NCBI RefSeq assembly: GCF_030144855.1
Contig: NC_082707.1
Location: 55,428,001-55,492,000 of the forward strand
Direction of reading: 5' to 3'
Length of the DNA: 64,000 nt
Origin: Hypanus sabinus
Lineage: Eukaryota
In this document: in pieces, positions 1-12,690 of the stretch
Numbering within the stretch: the first letter of the stretch is position 1
How the letters are laid out: every line of letters begins with the position of its first letter
The notes under the pieces: generated by a model
Seen by the model: the letters and a program-made list of their open reading frames with translations, nothing else
Database searches by the model: none
What the model was told of the DNA's origin: nothing
Position numbers and translations under genes: made by a program

Positions 1-399
1 AGGTGCAAAATAGTAGCTGACCTGGAAAGGTTATCCCCTACCCTGTGGTTACACAGCTCATTAAAACTCACAACTGCAACCTCATTAAATGAGTTATGGC
101 TTGGTGCCCATCTTAAATTAAACTTTCTCCTTGATAAAACACAGCACAAAGGAAGATGTGATTAGAGTGATAAGAAAGGGTGATAAGAAAGACAAGAACT
201 TTACTGATGACTAAAATTCAAAGTAAACTCCAAAATGTAAAATAAATAGCAGGACCTAAAAAGGCAAATTGTTCAAGTGGACTGCATTACATCTACTTGT
301 TGAAATGTCGTAACATATAACGCATTAATATTTCTGTTCTAGCTATTGCTAGCTCAGACAGTACATCTAAAATCTTTAATTTGAAACAATTCACAAAAA

Positions 400-740
400 G
401 ATAGATAGGTAGATACTTTATTCATCCCCAAGGGGAAATTCAACATTTTTCCAGTGTCCCATACACTTATTGTAGCAAAACTAATTACATAAGTACTTAA
501 CAATATAAATATGATATGCATCTAAAATCACCCTCCCAAAAAGCTTTAATAAATAGCTTTTAAAAAGTTCTTAAGTAGTTACTAAAGTGCATTGAGTGGT
601 AACTTAAACTCAGTCCTAACCCTGGCACTTTAACATGTCTTGCCCCTGGTGGTTGAATTGTAGAGCCGAATGGCATTGAGGAGTAATGATCTCTTCATCC
701 TGTCTGAGGAGCATTGCATTGACAGCAACCAGCCGCTTCA
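400..740 (-). mobile_element. 3' fragment of a Rex1/Babar-like LINE
   Basis: Minus strand reads ...LLSMQCSSDRMKRSLLLNAIRLYNS, like the Rex1/Babar ORF C-terminus, followed by a 3' UTR ending in a (TATC)n-like tail at ~400-415. Confidence 0.6.
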
Positions 741-1127
741 GCTGCATCATTTAGCTTAAAATAACTGACCAAACTTACTATTTTCAAGAATAATTTAACA
801 AATATACTTCTCCAGTTATAACTTAAAGAAAATGTCTATTCCCCCACCCAAACACATTTCACAGGCTACCTAATATTAATTGAAATCCTAAACATAACAA
901 GAATTGATTTTTACAAAGATTTATTTGTCATTAATAGAAAATTACAACTATCAGATATAATAGTCCAAGATGCAAAAACAATTCTCATTGTCTTTGAGAA
1001 TTGTTCTTGCATATTGATGACCTATTTATCAGATTGTTTTATATGGGCATTTTAGGAATAACTCTTGCTAATGAAATGGACTATCATAATGAACAATCAT
1101 GAGTGCAGTTTCAAACCTGATTATTAC

Positions 1128-1204
1128 CTTCAAAGCTTTCAGAATCTCTTCACTATCCCCAGCCTTTCCTATTAGCACAACTTTTGTTCGAATCTGAGGT
1201 ATAT
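1128..1204 (-). CDS. ECT2: ECT2 (RhoGEF, epithelial cell transforming 2) coding exon 2
   Basis: tttgcag|ATATACCT...TTGAAG|gtaata; 77 nt, phase matches exon 1. Encodes (D)IPQIRTKVVLIGKAGDSEEILKALK versus human EMPQIETRVILVQEAGKQEELIKALK. Confidence 0.9.
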
Positions 1205-2689
1205 CTGCAAAGCAGGAATAAATAAATAACAGTCGATACAACATGGCATTGAGTAAAGCCAGTCTTTAAATGAAGGTTCAGAGAACTACAAAAGGTGAAA
1301 AGAATTTAGTATTTATTCAAATGAATGCATATTGCCTTCAAAAAGCTGATATGTTCACTTCATGATAAACCAGAAGGGAATATTCACATGGCTCAACATG
1401 TGTGAGGAACTTCTTCCAAGGAGACCTCTTCTATGGGTTCCAAAGTGAAACCAATGTGAGATCTATACACACTGCCACAAATAGAGCAGTCATTGCTTAA
1501 TTGGCAAATGAGCAAGGTGAATAGGAGTTACGGCACTCCACCTGCAAACCTCACTGGGCTTCTAAAATGAGTTTTACACAGATCAATAGGAAATCTATTC
1601 TACACTCTATGATCTAGAGACAGAACACAATTGGAAACATTGGGGAATAGTACTGACATTCAGGAAGCAAATTACAAACATGTAAATTCTTACTAGGTAT
1701 GGTGCGAGATTATGTGCAAGGAACAAACCAAATTCTATATTAGACAAAAGGTGACTTGCACATAAGATAACACATATCTTTCAACACATCTTAAAGTACC
1801 TTTAGTAATACAACAAACAAGATGCTGAAGGAACTTAGCAGACAGGGTCTGTGGTCGAGAAGGATAATCAGCACATCAGGTTGAACTGAAGGGAGATAAC
1901 CAGTTTGAAAAAGTGAAGGGCTGGAAACAAAGGATAGGTCGATCCATATTTTCTAATAAATTATGTCTACTGTTCAATTTTATTTTTTGAATTTATTAAA
2001 GCTTGACAGCCCTGCTAATAACAGTATTCCCAAAATGTTGCAAGGCTGTGCCAACATTGATAAAGAGAAAGCCATATCCCAATGGTTGGCAACTTGTGGG
2101 GAGGGGGGAGAGAAGAGGGAGATGAAGGCAATAAAATTGTCTCCTGGTAACAAAGTGACAACGTACAAATGATTTATTTTCCAACTTTGACTAAAGGAAG
2201 TTTTTTTGCTTAGCAGAAAACTTAACACACCTTCTCCCCCCCCCCCCCACCCCGTGAAATGGTGCCACTGGTTCAATTACATCCACCACAGAGATCAGAT
2301 TGAATTCATTTCAAGTCTTCATGAAGACAGGGATTTTATTCAAAAGGAATGCACAGGAGAACTAGTCTGGAGTTCAGTGCTCAAGCATCTAGTAGACCCA
2401 GAATTTTCACAAAATAAAAAAAACACAAAATTACTGAGGTCGAAAATGCTGAAGGCTTAGGTCAGACAGTATCAAGGTTCCCACCTTCTCACTCAAACCT
2501 ACAGAGTATTTTAATGCCTCCATCAGTAAAAATGACGTTTATAGATGAAGCTTCTTTTTAAAAATGCCACCTTAGGATATTCAGCTGCATGTTGATTTCC
2601 ACGATTTTTCAGATTCTCAGCGGTCACTTTCTTTTGTTTTTTTTATTGTTGCCTCCAATAACAAACGAGTGTTTTGCTGAGGGAGTCAG

Positions 2690-2850
2690 ATACGGCCAGG
2701 TCGCATCTATGTTAAAGAGTATTCGGGCCGAAGACCTTTCAGCAGGGAATTCTGTACTCTTTTCCATGGATGCTGCCCAACCTGCTGATTTCCTCCAACA
2801 TTTTGTGTGCTGCTTGGATTGCCAACATCGGCAGATTTTCTCCTGCTTTT
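2690..2850. mobile_element. Short fold-back Penelope-like (PLE) terminal fragment
   Basis: Contains the recurrent PLE 3' motif gatgctgcc..cctgctga.ttcctcca.cattttgtgtg plus an inverted partial copy carrying a degraded hammerhead core. Confidence 0.55.
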
Positions 2851-3557
2851 GGTGGGGAAAAAGACAGGTTCCCCCAATATGAATCCTCTACTTGAATAAG
2901 GTTTAATAACTTAAAGTCTGCTAGCCAAATCCAACTAAGTAAACCAAACTAAAAGAATAGTCCATGCGCAATTTTATCAGTACCAAAGACAAAAGTAGAC
3001 CATGGTACTTAAGTGAGCCAGTTGTTGGAGAAACCCTGGAACAGAGCCAACTCTCTTAACGTAACACATTCCTTAATCCTTGCAAAAGCATTCAAGACAT
3101 TTCTAAATATAATTACCCTCGCATTTGAGATCTTTCTAGAAGTACTAAAACTGAACGCAGCGATTAGACTTACGGGTTCTATTAATCCTCTGCTGGATGT
3201 TTCACAATGAGCAAATTCTGTTTTTCAATGGAAAATTCGGGGATATGAATTCGAACTTTGCAGTGATTGCTTGATGTAGGAAAATACAATATATAGCAAT
3301 TACACAAAGAGAAAGCAAAATCATAAAATGCTGGATACCAGGTCTACGTCACCCATTTACAGACGGAATTTGTAACCGCAGCGTAAGAAACGCGGCATTA
3401 TAATTTACTTAATGATGAACTCTTTCGTGTTAAATGCAGATTAGCGATAAGCATCGGCTGCTACTGCCGTAGGGATTTCCAGCAGGTGGTGGCGATGAAG
3501 CGCTACAAAAAGACAAAAAAAAGGGCATCGCCCCTTTCAGAACTAGACCTCCATTAC

Positions 3558-3666
3558 CTTCAGCAAACAAACACCCCTTGGAAACGTCGTCAAAGCGCGA
3601 ATCACTGGCGGAGCAGTCGACCAGCAGGCTCCCGGCGCTGGAGGACACCGCACTCCACTGCGCCAT
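3558..3666 (-). CDS. ECT2: ECT2 first coding exon
   Basis: MAQWSAVSSSAGSLLVDCSASDSRFDDVSKGCLFAE resembles human MAENSVLTSTTGRTSLADSSIFDSKVTEISKENLL. Donor GAAG|gtaatg at 3557. 109 nt (phase 1) splices in frame to 1204. Synteny with NCEH1 agrees. Confidence 0.85.
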
Positions 3667-3779
3667 TATCGGCCGCCCTCACTCGGTTCTCCGGCTCGGC
3701 CCGCTACCTGCCGACAACTTATAAACAGCCCACCTCAGCGCCGGCGCTGCAGCCAGACTCAGCCGTTCGGATTTGGCCC

Positions 3780-3920
3780 AACGACGAAATTCAAAATCCC
3801 AACCAACCTCAGAAGCGGCCATCTCATTGGTCCCCACTGATATCCTCTCGAGAGGCGAGAGTAACCTTCTCCTGATTGGCTGCCTTCGGGACCTCCGACA
3901 ACCTCCAGTCTGTGATTGGG
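3780..3920 (-). promoter_or_regulatory. ECT2 G2/M-type promoter: three CCAAT boxes plus CHR, in a CpG-rich island
   Basis: ATTGG (CCAAT on minus) at 3826-3830, 3875-3879 and 3915-3919. TTCAAA (CHR TTTGAA on minus) at 3790-3795, ~125 bp upstream of the ATG. CpG-rich from ~3450 to ~3965. Confidence 0.75.
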
Positions 3921-4959
3921 TACAACGATGGTAAATCCGACGGACCGGCCCTTCGCCGCCCTCCAGTGGTAAATACAGGGTAAGAAAAATAGCGAATAGT
4001 CTGTGGAAATCTAATGGAAACACTAAGTTCGGTGTACAGATTTTTATTTTAGTTTGCCAGAAGTTAGTTGATCTTCCGGTACATCCAGATGTGTGCAAGG
4101 GAACGCTGTTAATTGGTACAATCCAAATCGAAGGAGTACATGCTAAGATGGTATTGAAACGTAGTGCAGGTAACACAACGGCTTTGTGGGGAAGAACAAT
4201 CGTCTCTCTATCATTAGTCATTGAAGGAATAAGTTATATAGAATCCTCTCAAAGTCTGGGACACCGCAAAAGGGTACATGAATGAGAATTGTGGTCTGTA
4301 CATAAAATGTGCTAACACGATCAAGGTATTGAATTGATAGTATTATGCATATACAGTACAGTATAGACTGAATGGCACTGGGTGTAAATGAAAACATACT
4401 TACTTGTATTTCTTATATAATTTTATTCAGAGTTTGTTTTTGAAATTTAAAGCTATTTGTGCAGGGATCTAAACAGGTGCAATAAAAGAGACTGTCGTTC
4501 AGATTTCAACACCTGCAAATAATCTGCAAAGCGAGCAGCAGGAAAAAGGGAACGGTTGGCATTTCATGTCAAAACCCTACATCACCTCAGACTCCTGTCA
4601 CCTTTCCACTTTTTATACCAGCCACCCCGTCTCTCCACTCTGTCCTGACGGAGTTTTTCACTTCCCGCCAAAACGTTAACAATTCTCTTATCACCCCTCC
4701 ACCCCTGTACTTCTTACCCTGCTGAGTTCATCCAGGAGATTATTGTTCCAAATATATTTGGTATTATTGAATCAAGAGTGCAGGAGGACCAAAGATGTGG
4801 TATTAATTACTTAGGATGTGCAAAAATGAAAAATAAGGCAAGATTGATATATAGAAACACTGATAAAGTAGTGATGGACATTTGTCAAATATTACAAAAT
4901 ATGAATATAGCTAAGAAATTTCTTCGAGCAGAAAAACCCTAGCAACTGCAAAGCCAGAA

Positions 4960-6085
4960 AAACAATCCTCAAGAAATTAGAGAGGAGTCAAAAGTAAAAC
5001 AATTGTTATCATGGGTGACTTTAAACTACACCTGGGCTGGGCTAACTCAGTTATAAACAATACAGAGGAGGAATTTCTGGAGTGTGTATAATGTGGTTTT
5101 CAGCATCAATACAACCAGTAGCTAATCAGAGAGCAGGCCAATTTGAACTGGGTTCTGTTCAATGAGGATGGATAAATGAATAATCTCGTTGCCAGAGGCT
5201 CCTTGGGCAGAAGTAATCATAATACAATAGAATTCTTCAGTAAAATGGAGAGTGATGTAGTTGGTTCTAAGTCAAGAGTCTTGAATCTGAAAAGAAACCA
5301 CCATGGTATGAGGCAAAAGTTTGTTAAGTTAGGAAGTGAAACATTACTTGTGAGATTGGTGGTAGGTTGGCAATGGCAAACTTTTAAGGAGACAATAGGT
5401 GAAAATCATCAAGTGTTCATTCTTGTCTGTCAGAAAATAAATGAAGATGTTCAGTGGTGGCTAATAAGGGAACCTTTGAATAGAATGGGTACCAAGCAAG
5501 AAAATGGGCCTGAAATAGCAAAGAAAGAAGTTTGGAACTCAGGAAAAGGGTACCATGGTATTAATTTCATGAAAATAGTATGAGCTTGAAGGAAAGTACT
5601 AAATGTAAAAGATTTTAAAAAGTGGAGAATATTAACATAGGCATAAATAGGAACAACGAGAACTCAAACAAATTGGATAAATACTTTGCTCTCACCAGGG
5701 ACACAAAACCCTCTCAAAAATGGTCCAGAATGCATGAACATTGAGCAGGAAGAACTGAAGAAAATCAGTATTAGTTCAGAAATGGCATTAAGGAAACTAA
5801 TGGCATTGGAACACAATAAATTCTATATCACACAACTTTAGGGCAAGGCCACTGAAATAGTGGATGCTTTGGTAGTCATTTTCAATACTTCTGGAACTAG
5901 GTTCCTTCTGTTTGGAAGGAACTTAGGAAGAAGCTAACGCTACTTCACAGTTTAATTAAGCTGGAGTTAGTTTGACTTTAGTATTGGGGGTAATGCCAAT
6001 GTTCATTAATGAAGATATATTTGATAAACTGATAGAATCAGTCAGTCGGCATGAATTTATGAAAGAAAAATTATGCCTGAAATTT
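4960..6085 (+). mobile_element. Old degraded CR1 LINE (resumes at ~8478-8900 after a nested younger CR1)
   Basis: Endonuclease-type motifs (IMGDF, LGRSNHNTIEF) and RT remnants. The sequence breaks at ttttgaggtgt and resumes at aacctgtagagtg. Confidence 0.65.
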
Positions 6086-8477
6086 TTGAGGTGTCAGGTC
6101 TCTCAGTGGGAGAGCATTTTGGAGGCAGTGATCACAATTCTATCTCCTTTATCATAGCATTGGAGAGGGATAGGAACAGAGAAGTTAGGGAAACATTTAA
6201 TTGGACTAAGGGGAAATATGAGGCTATCAGGCAGGAACTTAGAAGCATAAATTGGAAACAGATGTTCTCAAGGAAATGTACGGAAGAAATATGGCAAATA
6301 TTCAGGGGATATTTGCATGGGGTTCTGAGTAGGTATGTTCCAATGAAACATGGAAAGGATGGTAGGGTACAAGATCCGTGGTGTACAAAGGCTGTTGTAA
6401 ATCTAGTCACAGAGAAGAGTTTATGAAAGGTTCAAAAACACTAGGTAATGATAGGAATCTAGAAGATTAAAAGGATAGCTGGAAGGAGCTTAAGAATGAA
6501 ATTCAGAGAGCCAGAAGGGGCCATGAGAAGGCCTTGGCGGGCAGGATTAAGGAAAACCCCCAAGGCATTCTACAAGTATGTGAAGAGCAAGAGGATAAGA
6601 TGGGAGAGAATAGGACCAATCAAGTGTGACAGTGGAAAAATGTGTATGGAACTGGAGGAGATGGCAGAGGTACTTAATGAACACTTTGCTTCGGTATTCA
6701 CTATGGAAAAGGATCTTGATGACTGTAGGGATGACTTGCAGTGGACTGAAAAGCTTGAGCATGTAGATATTAAGAAAGAGGATGTGCTGGAGCTTTTGGA
6801 AAGCATCAAGTTGGATAAGTCACTGACCAGACGGGATGTACCCCAGGCTACTCTGGAAAGCAAGGGAGGAGATTGCTGAGCCTCTGGCAATGATCTTTGC
6901 ATCGTCAATGAGGATGAGGGAGGTTCTGGAGGATTGGAGGGCTGCGGATGTTGTTCTCGTATTCAAGAAAGGAAGTAGGGATAGCCCAGGAAATTATAGG
7001 CCAGTGAGTCTCACTTCAGTGGTTGGTAAGTTGATGGAGAAGATCCTGAGAGGCAGGATTTATGAACATTAGGAGAGGCATAATATGATTAGGAATAGTC
7101 AGCATGGCTTTGTCAAAGACAGGTCATACCTTACACGTCTGATTGAATTTTTTGAGGGTGTGACTAAACACGTTGATGAAGGTAGAGCCGTAGATATAGT
7201 GCATATGGATTTTAGTAAGGTATTTGATAAGGTACCCCATGCAAGGCTTATTGAGAAAATAAGGAGGCATGGGATCCAAGGGGTCATTGCTTTGTAGATC
7301 CAGAACTGGCTTGCCCACAGAAGGCAAAGAGTGGTTGTAGACAGGTCATATTCTGCATGGAGGCCGGTGACAAGTCGTGTGCATCAGGGATCTGTTCTGG
7401 GACCCCTACTCTTCGTGATTTTTATAAATGACCTGGATGAGGAAGTGGAGGGATGGGTTAGTAAATTTGCTGATGACACAAAGGTTAGGGGTGTTGTGGA
7501 TCATGTGGAGGACTGTCAAAGGTTACAACAGGACATTGATAGAATGCAAAACTGGGCTGAGAAGTGGCATATGGAGTTTAACCCAGATAAGTGTGAGGTG
7601 AATTTAAAAAGCAAACACGAGGAAATCCACAGATGCTGGAAATTCAAGCTGCCTGTCCTGCTGCATTCCACCAGCATTTTGTGTGTGTTGTGTGAGATGG
7701 TTCATTTTGGTAGGTCAAATATAATGGCAGAATGTAGTATTAATGGTAAGACTCTTGGCAGTGTGGAGGATCAGAGGGATCTTGGGGTCCGAGTCCATAG
7801 GACACTCAAAGCTGCTACGCAGGTTGACTCTGTGGTTAAGAAGGTATACGGTGCATTGGCCTTAATCAATCATGGGATTGAGCTTAAGAGCCAAGAGGTA
7901 ATGCTGCAGCTATATCAGACCCTGGTCAGACCCTCCTTGGAGTACTGTGCTCAATTCTGGTCGCCTCACTACAGGAAGGACATGGAAACATTAGAAAGTG
8001 TGCAGAGGAGATTTACAAGGCTGTTGCCTGGATTGGGGAGCATGCCTTATGAGAATAGGTTGAGTGAACTCGGCCTTTCCTCCTTGGAGCGACAGAGGAT
8101 GAGAGGTGACCTGATAGAGGTGTACAAGATAATGAGAGGCATTGATCGTATGGATAGTCAGAGGCTTTTTCCCAGGGCTTAAGTGCCTAGCACGAGAGGG
8201 TATAGTTTTAAGGTGCTTGGAAGTAGGTACAGAGGAGATATCAAGGGTAAGTTGTTTTTTATTTTTACACAGAGAGTAGTGTGTGCATGGAATGGGCTGC
8301 TGGTGGCGGTGGTGGAGTTAGAAACGATAGGGTCTTTTAAGAGCCTCCTGGATGGCTTCTTGGAGCTTAGAAAAATAGAGGGCTGTGGGTAAAGCCTAGA
8401 TGGTTCTAAGGTAGGGACATGTTCGGCACAGTTTTGTGGGCCAAAGCCTACAGTTTTGTGCTGTAGGTTTCCTATGT
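6086..8477 (+). mobile_element. 5'-truncated CR1 LINE, ORF2 with frameshifts and stops
   Basis: GSDHNSI, NYRPVSLTSVVGKLME, SQHGF, DFSKVFDKVPH, QGSVLGPLLF, KFADDTK, LEYCAQFWSPHY, RGDLIEVYKI; CR1-type 3' UTR to ~8477. Confidence 0.95.
7601..7689. mobile_element. Tiny chimeric PLE-end insertion inside the CR1 RT region
   Basis: Two opposed pieces of the PLE terminal motif, flanked by gtgtgaggtg (7591-7600) and gtgtgagatg (7690-7699). Confidence 0.7.
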
Positions 8478-8909
8478 AACCTGTAGAGTGAATGGATGAT
8501 CTGGATGGGAGTGCACCTGGATAGTGAGTAAACAGTGCAGAGTGGATAAATGAGGTGGAAAAATCAACAAGGCAAATTACTTGAACAGTAACAGATTAGG
8601 AAAAGAGAATAACAATACCTCAATGTATGCATACATCAGTTACGATTGTAACCTACATGTGCATCAGATTTTGGCTTGGATTTGAGTACACAGAGACTTC
8701 TTATTTTGGTCTAATAACTTTTATATTTAGTGCGCAGTTTGGATCTCCTTATCTGCAAGAGGAGAAATATTCTTGCAATCGAGGGAGAGCAGCAGAGTGA
8801 TTTTTAATATGACATAAGTAACAATACTGAAATTAACTGGGATGATTGGGTTTACGTTCACTAGTGTTCAGAAGAATCAGGGGGGAAAAACTTTTAAAAC
8901 CCTCTAAGG

Positions 8910-11900
8910 CCATAGACGTAGGAGCAGAACAAGGCCATTTGGCCCATCCAGTCTACTCTGTCATTTCATCATAGCTGATTTATTTTCCTCTGGCTAAACA
9001 AATTTCTCCTCATCTCTGTTATAAAGTGATGTCCTTCTATTCTGAGGCTGTGCCCTCTGGTCCTAGACACTATTTAAAACATTCTCTCTTGGTCCACTCT
9101 GTTTCATCCATTCAACATACAGTAGGTTTCAATAAGAACCCCATCATTCTTCTAATCTTAAGCAAGTACAGACCCAAAGCCATGAAACGCACCCCGTACA
9201 TTAACCTTTTCATTCCTGAGATCCCCATTATCATAAACCTCCTCTGGACCCTCTCCAATGCCAGTTACATGCCTCTTTAGATATGGGGCCTAAATCTGTT
9301 CAAAATACACTATATGTGATCTGACCAATGCTTTATAAAGCCTCAGGTTTAGATCCTTTCTTTTATATTCTAGTCCTCCATAGACGAATGCTAACATTGC
9401 ATTTACCTTCCATACTACCGACTCAACCTGTAAGTTAACCTTTAAAGAACCCGGCATAGGGATTCCCAAGTGCCTTTGCAATTTCTATTTCAGAATTTGC
9501 TCCATTTAGAAAATAGTCTATACCTTTAGTCCTCCTACTAATGTGCATGATCATACACTTCCCCACACTGTATTCCATCTGCCACTTCTATTCCATCCGT
9601 CCTTTCGCAGATGACTTGCTTCCTCAACACTACTTGCTCCTCCACTAATCATTGTATCATTCACAAACGTAGCCACTTTGCCATTAATTCTATCATCCAG
9701 ATTAAGATATAATGTGAAAAACAGCAGTCCCAATACCGACCCCTGTGGAACAGTCACAGGCAACAACTAGAAACTAAGTCCCCTTCATTCCAACTCTGCC
9801 TCCTGCTAGTCAGCCAATCTTCTGTCCAATCTAGCATCTTTCTTGTAACGGCATAGGTTCTTATCTTGATGAGCAGCCTTGTGTGTGGCACCTTGTCAAA
9901 GGCCTTCTGAAAATCCAAGTAAATAATATCCACTTTGACTATCCTGTATGTTATTTCCTCAAAGAATTTCAACAGGTTTGTCAGGGACAATTTCCTTTGA
10001 AGGAAACCATGCTGAATTCAGCATATTTTATCCTGTGCCTCATAGCTCTCATTCTTAATAATGGACTCCAACACCTTGCCAACCACTGAAGTCAGGCTAA
10101 CTGGCCCATAATTTCTTGATTTTTGTCTCCATTCCTTTTTAAGGAATGGATAGACATTTGCAATTTTCCAGTCCTCTGGAACTATTCCAGAATCTCTTCA
10201 TAACCCCAGAGTGCAGTTAATATCTAGTCCAGGTGAATTATCAACCTTCAGGCCTTTCAGCTTCCCAAGCACTTTCTCCTTAGTAGTAGCAACAATCACT
10301 TCTTCCCCCGACACTTGAATTTCTGGTATGCTGCTGGCGTCGTCCATGGAGAAGAATGACACAAAATATTTATTCAATTCATTTGCCATTTCTTTGTTCC
10401 TCTTTACTACTCTCCACTGTAATTTTCCAGTGGTTCAATATCCACTCTTGTCTCTTTTGCTTTGCAGTATATATAACCATATAACAATTACAGCACAGAA
10501 ACAGACCATCCCGGCTCTTCTAGTCCGTGCCAAATGTTTACTCTCAGCTAGTCCCACCGACCCGCACTCAGCCCATAACCCTCCATTCCTTTCCTGTCCA
10601 TATACCTATCCAATTTTACTTTAAATGACAATATCAAACCTGCCTGTACTACTTCTACTGGAAGCTCGTTCCACACAGCTACTACTCTCTGAGTAAAGAA
10701 ATTCCCCCTCGTGTTACCCTTAAACTTTTGCCCCCTAACTTTCAACTCATATCCTCTTGTTTGAATCTCCCCTACTCTCAATGGAAAAAGCCTATCCACA
10801 TCAACTCTATCTAACCCCCTCATAATTTTAAATACCTCTATCAATTCCCCCCTCAACCTTCTACGCTCCAAAGAATAAAGACCTAACTTATTCAACCTTT
10901 CCCTGTAATTTAGGTGCTGAAACCCAGGTAACATTCTAGTAAATCTTCTCTGTACTCTCTCTATTTTGTTGACATCTTTCCTATAATTTGGTGACCAAAA
11001 CTGTACACAATACTCCAAATTTGGCCTTATCAATGCCTTGTACAACTTTAACATTACATCCCAACTTTTACACTCAGTGCTCTAATTTATAAAGGCCAAC
11101 ATACCAAAAGCTTTCTTCACCACCCTATCCACATGAGATTCCACCTTCAGGGAACTATGCACCATTATTCCTAGATCACTCTGTTCTACTGCATTCTTCA
11201 TTGCCCTACCATTTACCACGTATGTCCTATTTGGATTATTCCTACCAAAATGTAGCACCTCACACTTATCAGCATTAAGCTCCATCTGCCATCATTCAGC
11301 TCACTCTTCTAACTGGCCTAAATCTCTCTGCAAGCTTTGAAAACCTACTTCATTATCCACAACACCACCTACCTTAGTATCATCTGCATACTTAGTAATC
11401 CAATTTACCACCCCATCATTCAGATCATTAATGTATATGACAAACAACATTGGACCCAGTACAGATCGCTGAGGCACACCACTAATCACCGGCCTCCAAC
11501 CTGACAGTTACCCACCACTACTCTTTGGCATCTCCCATCCAGCCACTGTTGAATCCATTTTACTACTTCAATATTAATACCTAACGATTGAACCTTCCTA
11601 ACTAATCTTCTGTGCGGAACCTTGTCAAATGCTTTATAGTCCATAGAGACAACATCCACTGTTTTACCCTCGCCAACTTTCCTTGTAACCTCTTCAAAAA
11701 ATTCAATAAGATTTGTCAAACATGACCTTCCACGCACAAATCCATGTTGACTGGTCCTAATCAGACCCTGCCTATCCAGATAATTATATATACCATCTCT
11801 AAGAATACTTTCCATTAATTTACCCACCACTGATGTCAAACTGACAGACCTATAATTGCTAGGTTTACTCTTAGAACCCTTTTTAAACAATGGAACCACA

Positions 11901-12690
11901 TGAGCAATACACCAATCCTCCGGCACCATCCCCATTTCTAATGACATTTGAAATATTTTTGTCAGAGCCCCTGCTATTTCTACACTTACTTCCCTCAAGG
12001 TCTTAGAGAATATCCTCTCAGGACCCGGAGATTTATCCACTTTTATATTCCTTAAAAGTGTCAGTACTTCCTGAAAAAAAGCTGATATCTGTAAAAAAGC
12101 TTTTTGCCAGCTTAGCGTTATATTTTATTTTCTCCCCCTTTATATTTTTTGATTTCCTTCTGTTGGTATTTAAAAACTTCCTAATCCTTTTATGCTATCC
12201 ATGACTTCTCAACAGTACGGTTTCCTCATCCTCTCTTTAGAATACTTCTTTGGGACACATCAATCCAGACTTCTGAATTGCTCCTAGAAATTCCAGCCAT
12301 TGTTGTTCTACCATCATCCCTGCTAGTGACCCCTTCCAATCAAATTTTGCGAGCCCCTCTTTCGTACCTCTGTAGTGCCCTTTACTCCACTGTAATACTG
12401 ATGCATCTTATCTTAGCTTCTCTTCCTGAAACTGCAGGGTGAATTTTATATTATGATCACTGTCTCCTAAGAATTCCTTTACCTTAAGCTCCCTAATCAA
12501 ATATGGTTCATTACATAGCATCCAATCCAAAATTGCCTTTTCCCTAGTGGGCTCAACCAAAAGCTGCTCTAAAAAAAAAGTAATTTTGTAGGCATTCTAC
12601 AAATTCCTTCTCTTGGGATCCAGTATCGACCCGTTTTTCCCAATCTACCTGCATATTGGGATCCATTGTAACATTGACCATTTTGCATGC
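8910..12690 (-). mobile_element. Degraded CR1 LINE on the minus strand, interrupted by a nested CR1
   Basis: Minus-strand ORFs: ANELNKYF, LDFQKAFDKVPH, VPQGSVLG, LRLYKALVR; 3' end near 8910. Confidence 0.9.
10470..12072 (-). mobile_element. Younger 5'-truncated CR1 nested in the older CR1
   Basis: DKSPGP, NYRSVSLTSVVGKLMES, KAFDKVPH, KYADDTK, LEYCVQFWSPNY; short-repeat tail ataaccatataac at ~10470-10485. Confidence 0.92.

Noticed and set aside
3975-3990. Plus-strand donor-like AGG|GTAAGA suggesting a divergent lncRNA from the ECT2 promoter
   Set aside because: A single short motif with no supporting acceptor or transcript evidence.
3486-4221. ORFs 3486-3875(+) and 3679-4221(-) as genes
   Set aside because: They span the GC-rich ECT2 promoter and exon 1, where stops are rare; no recognisable domains.
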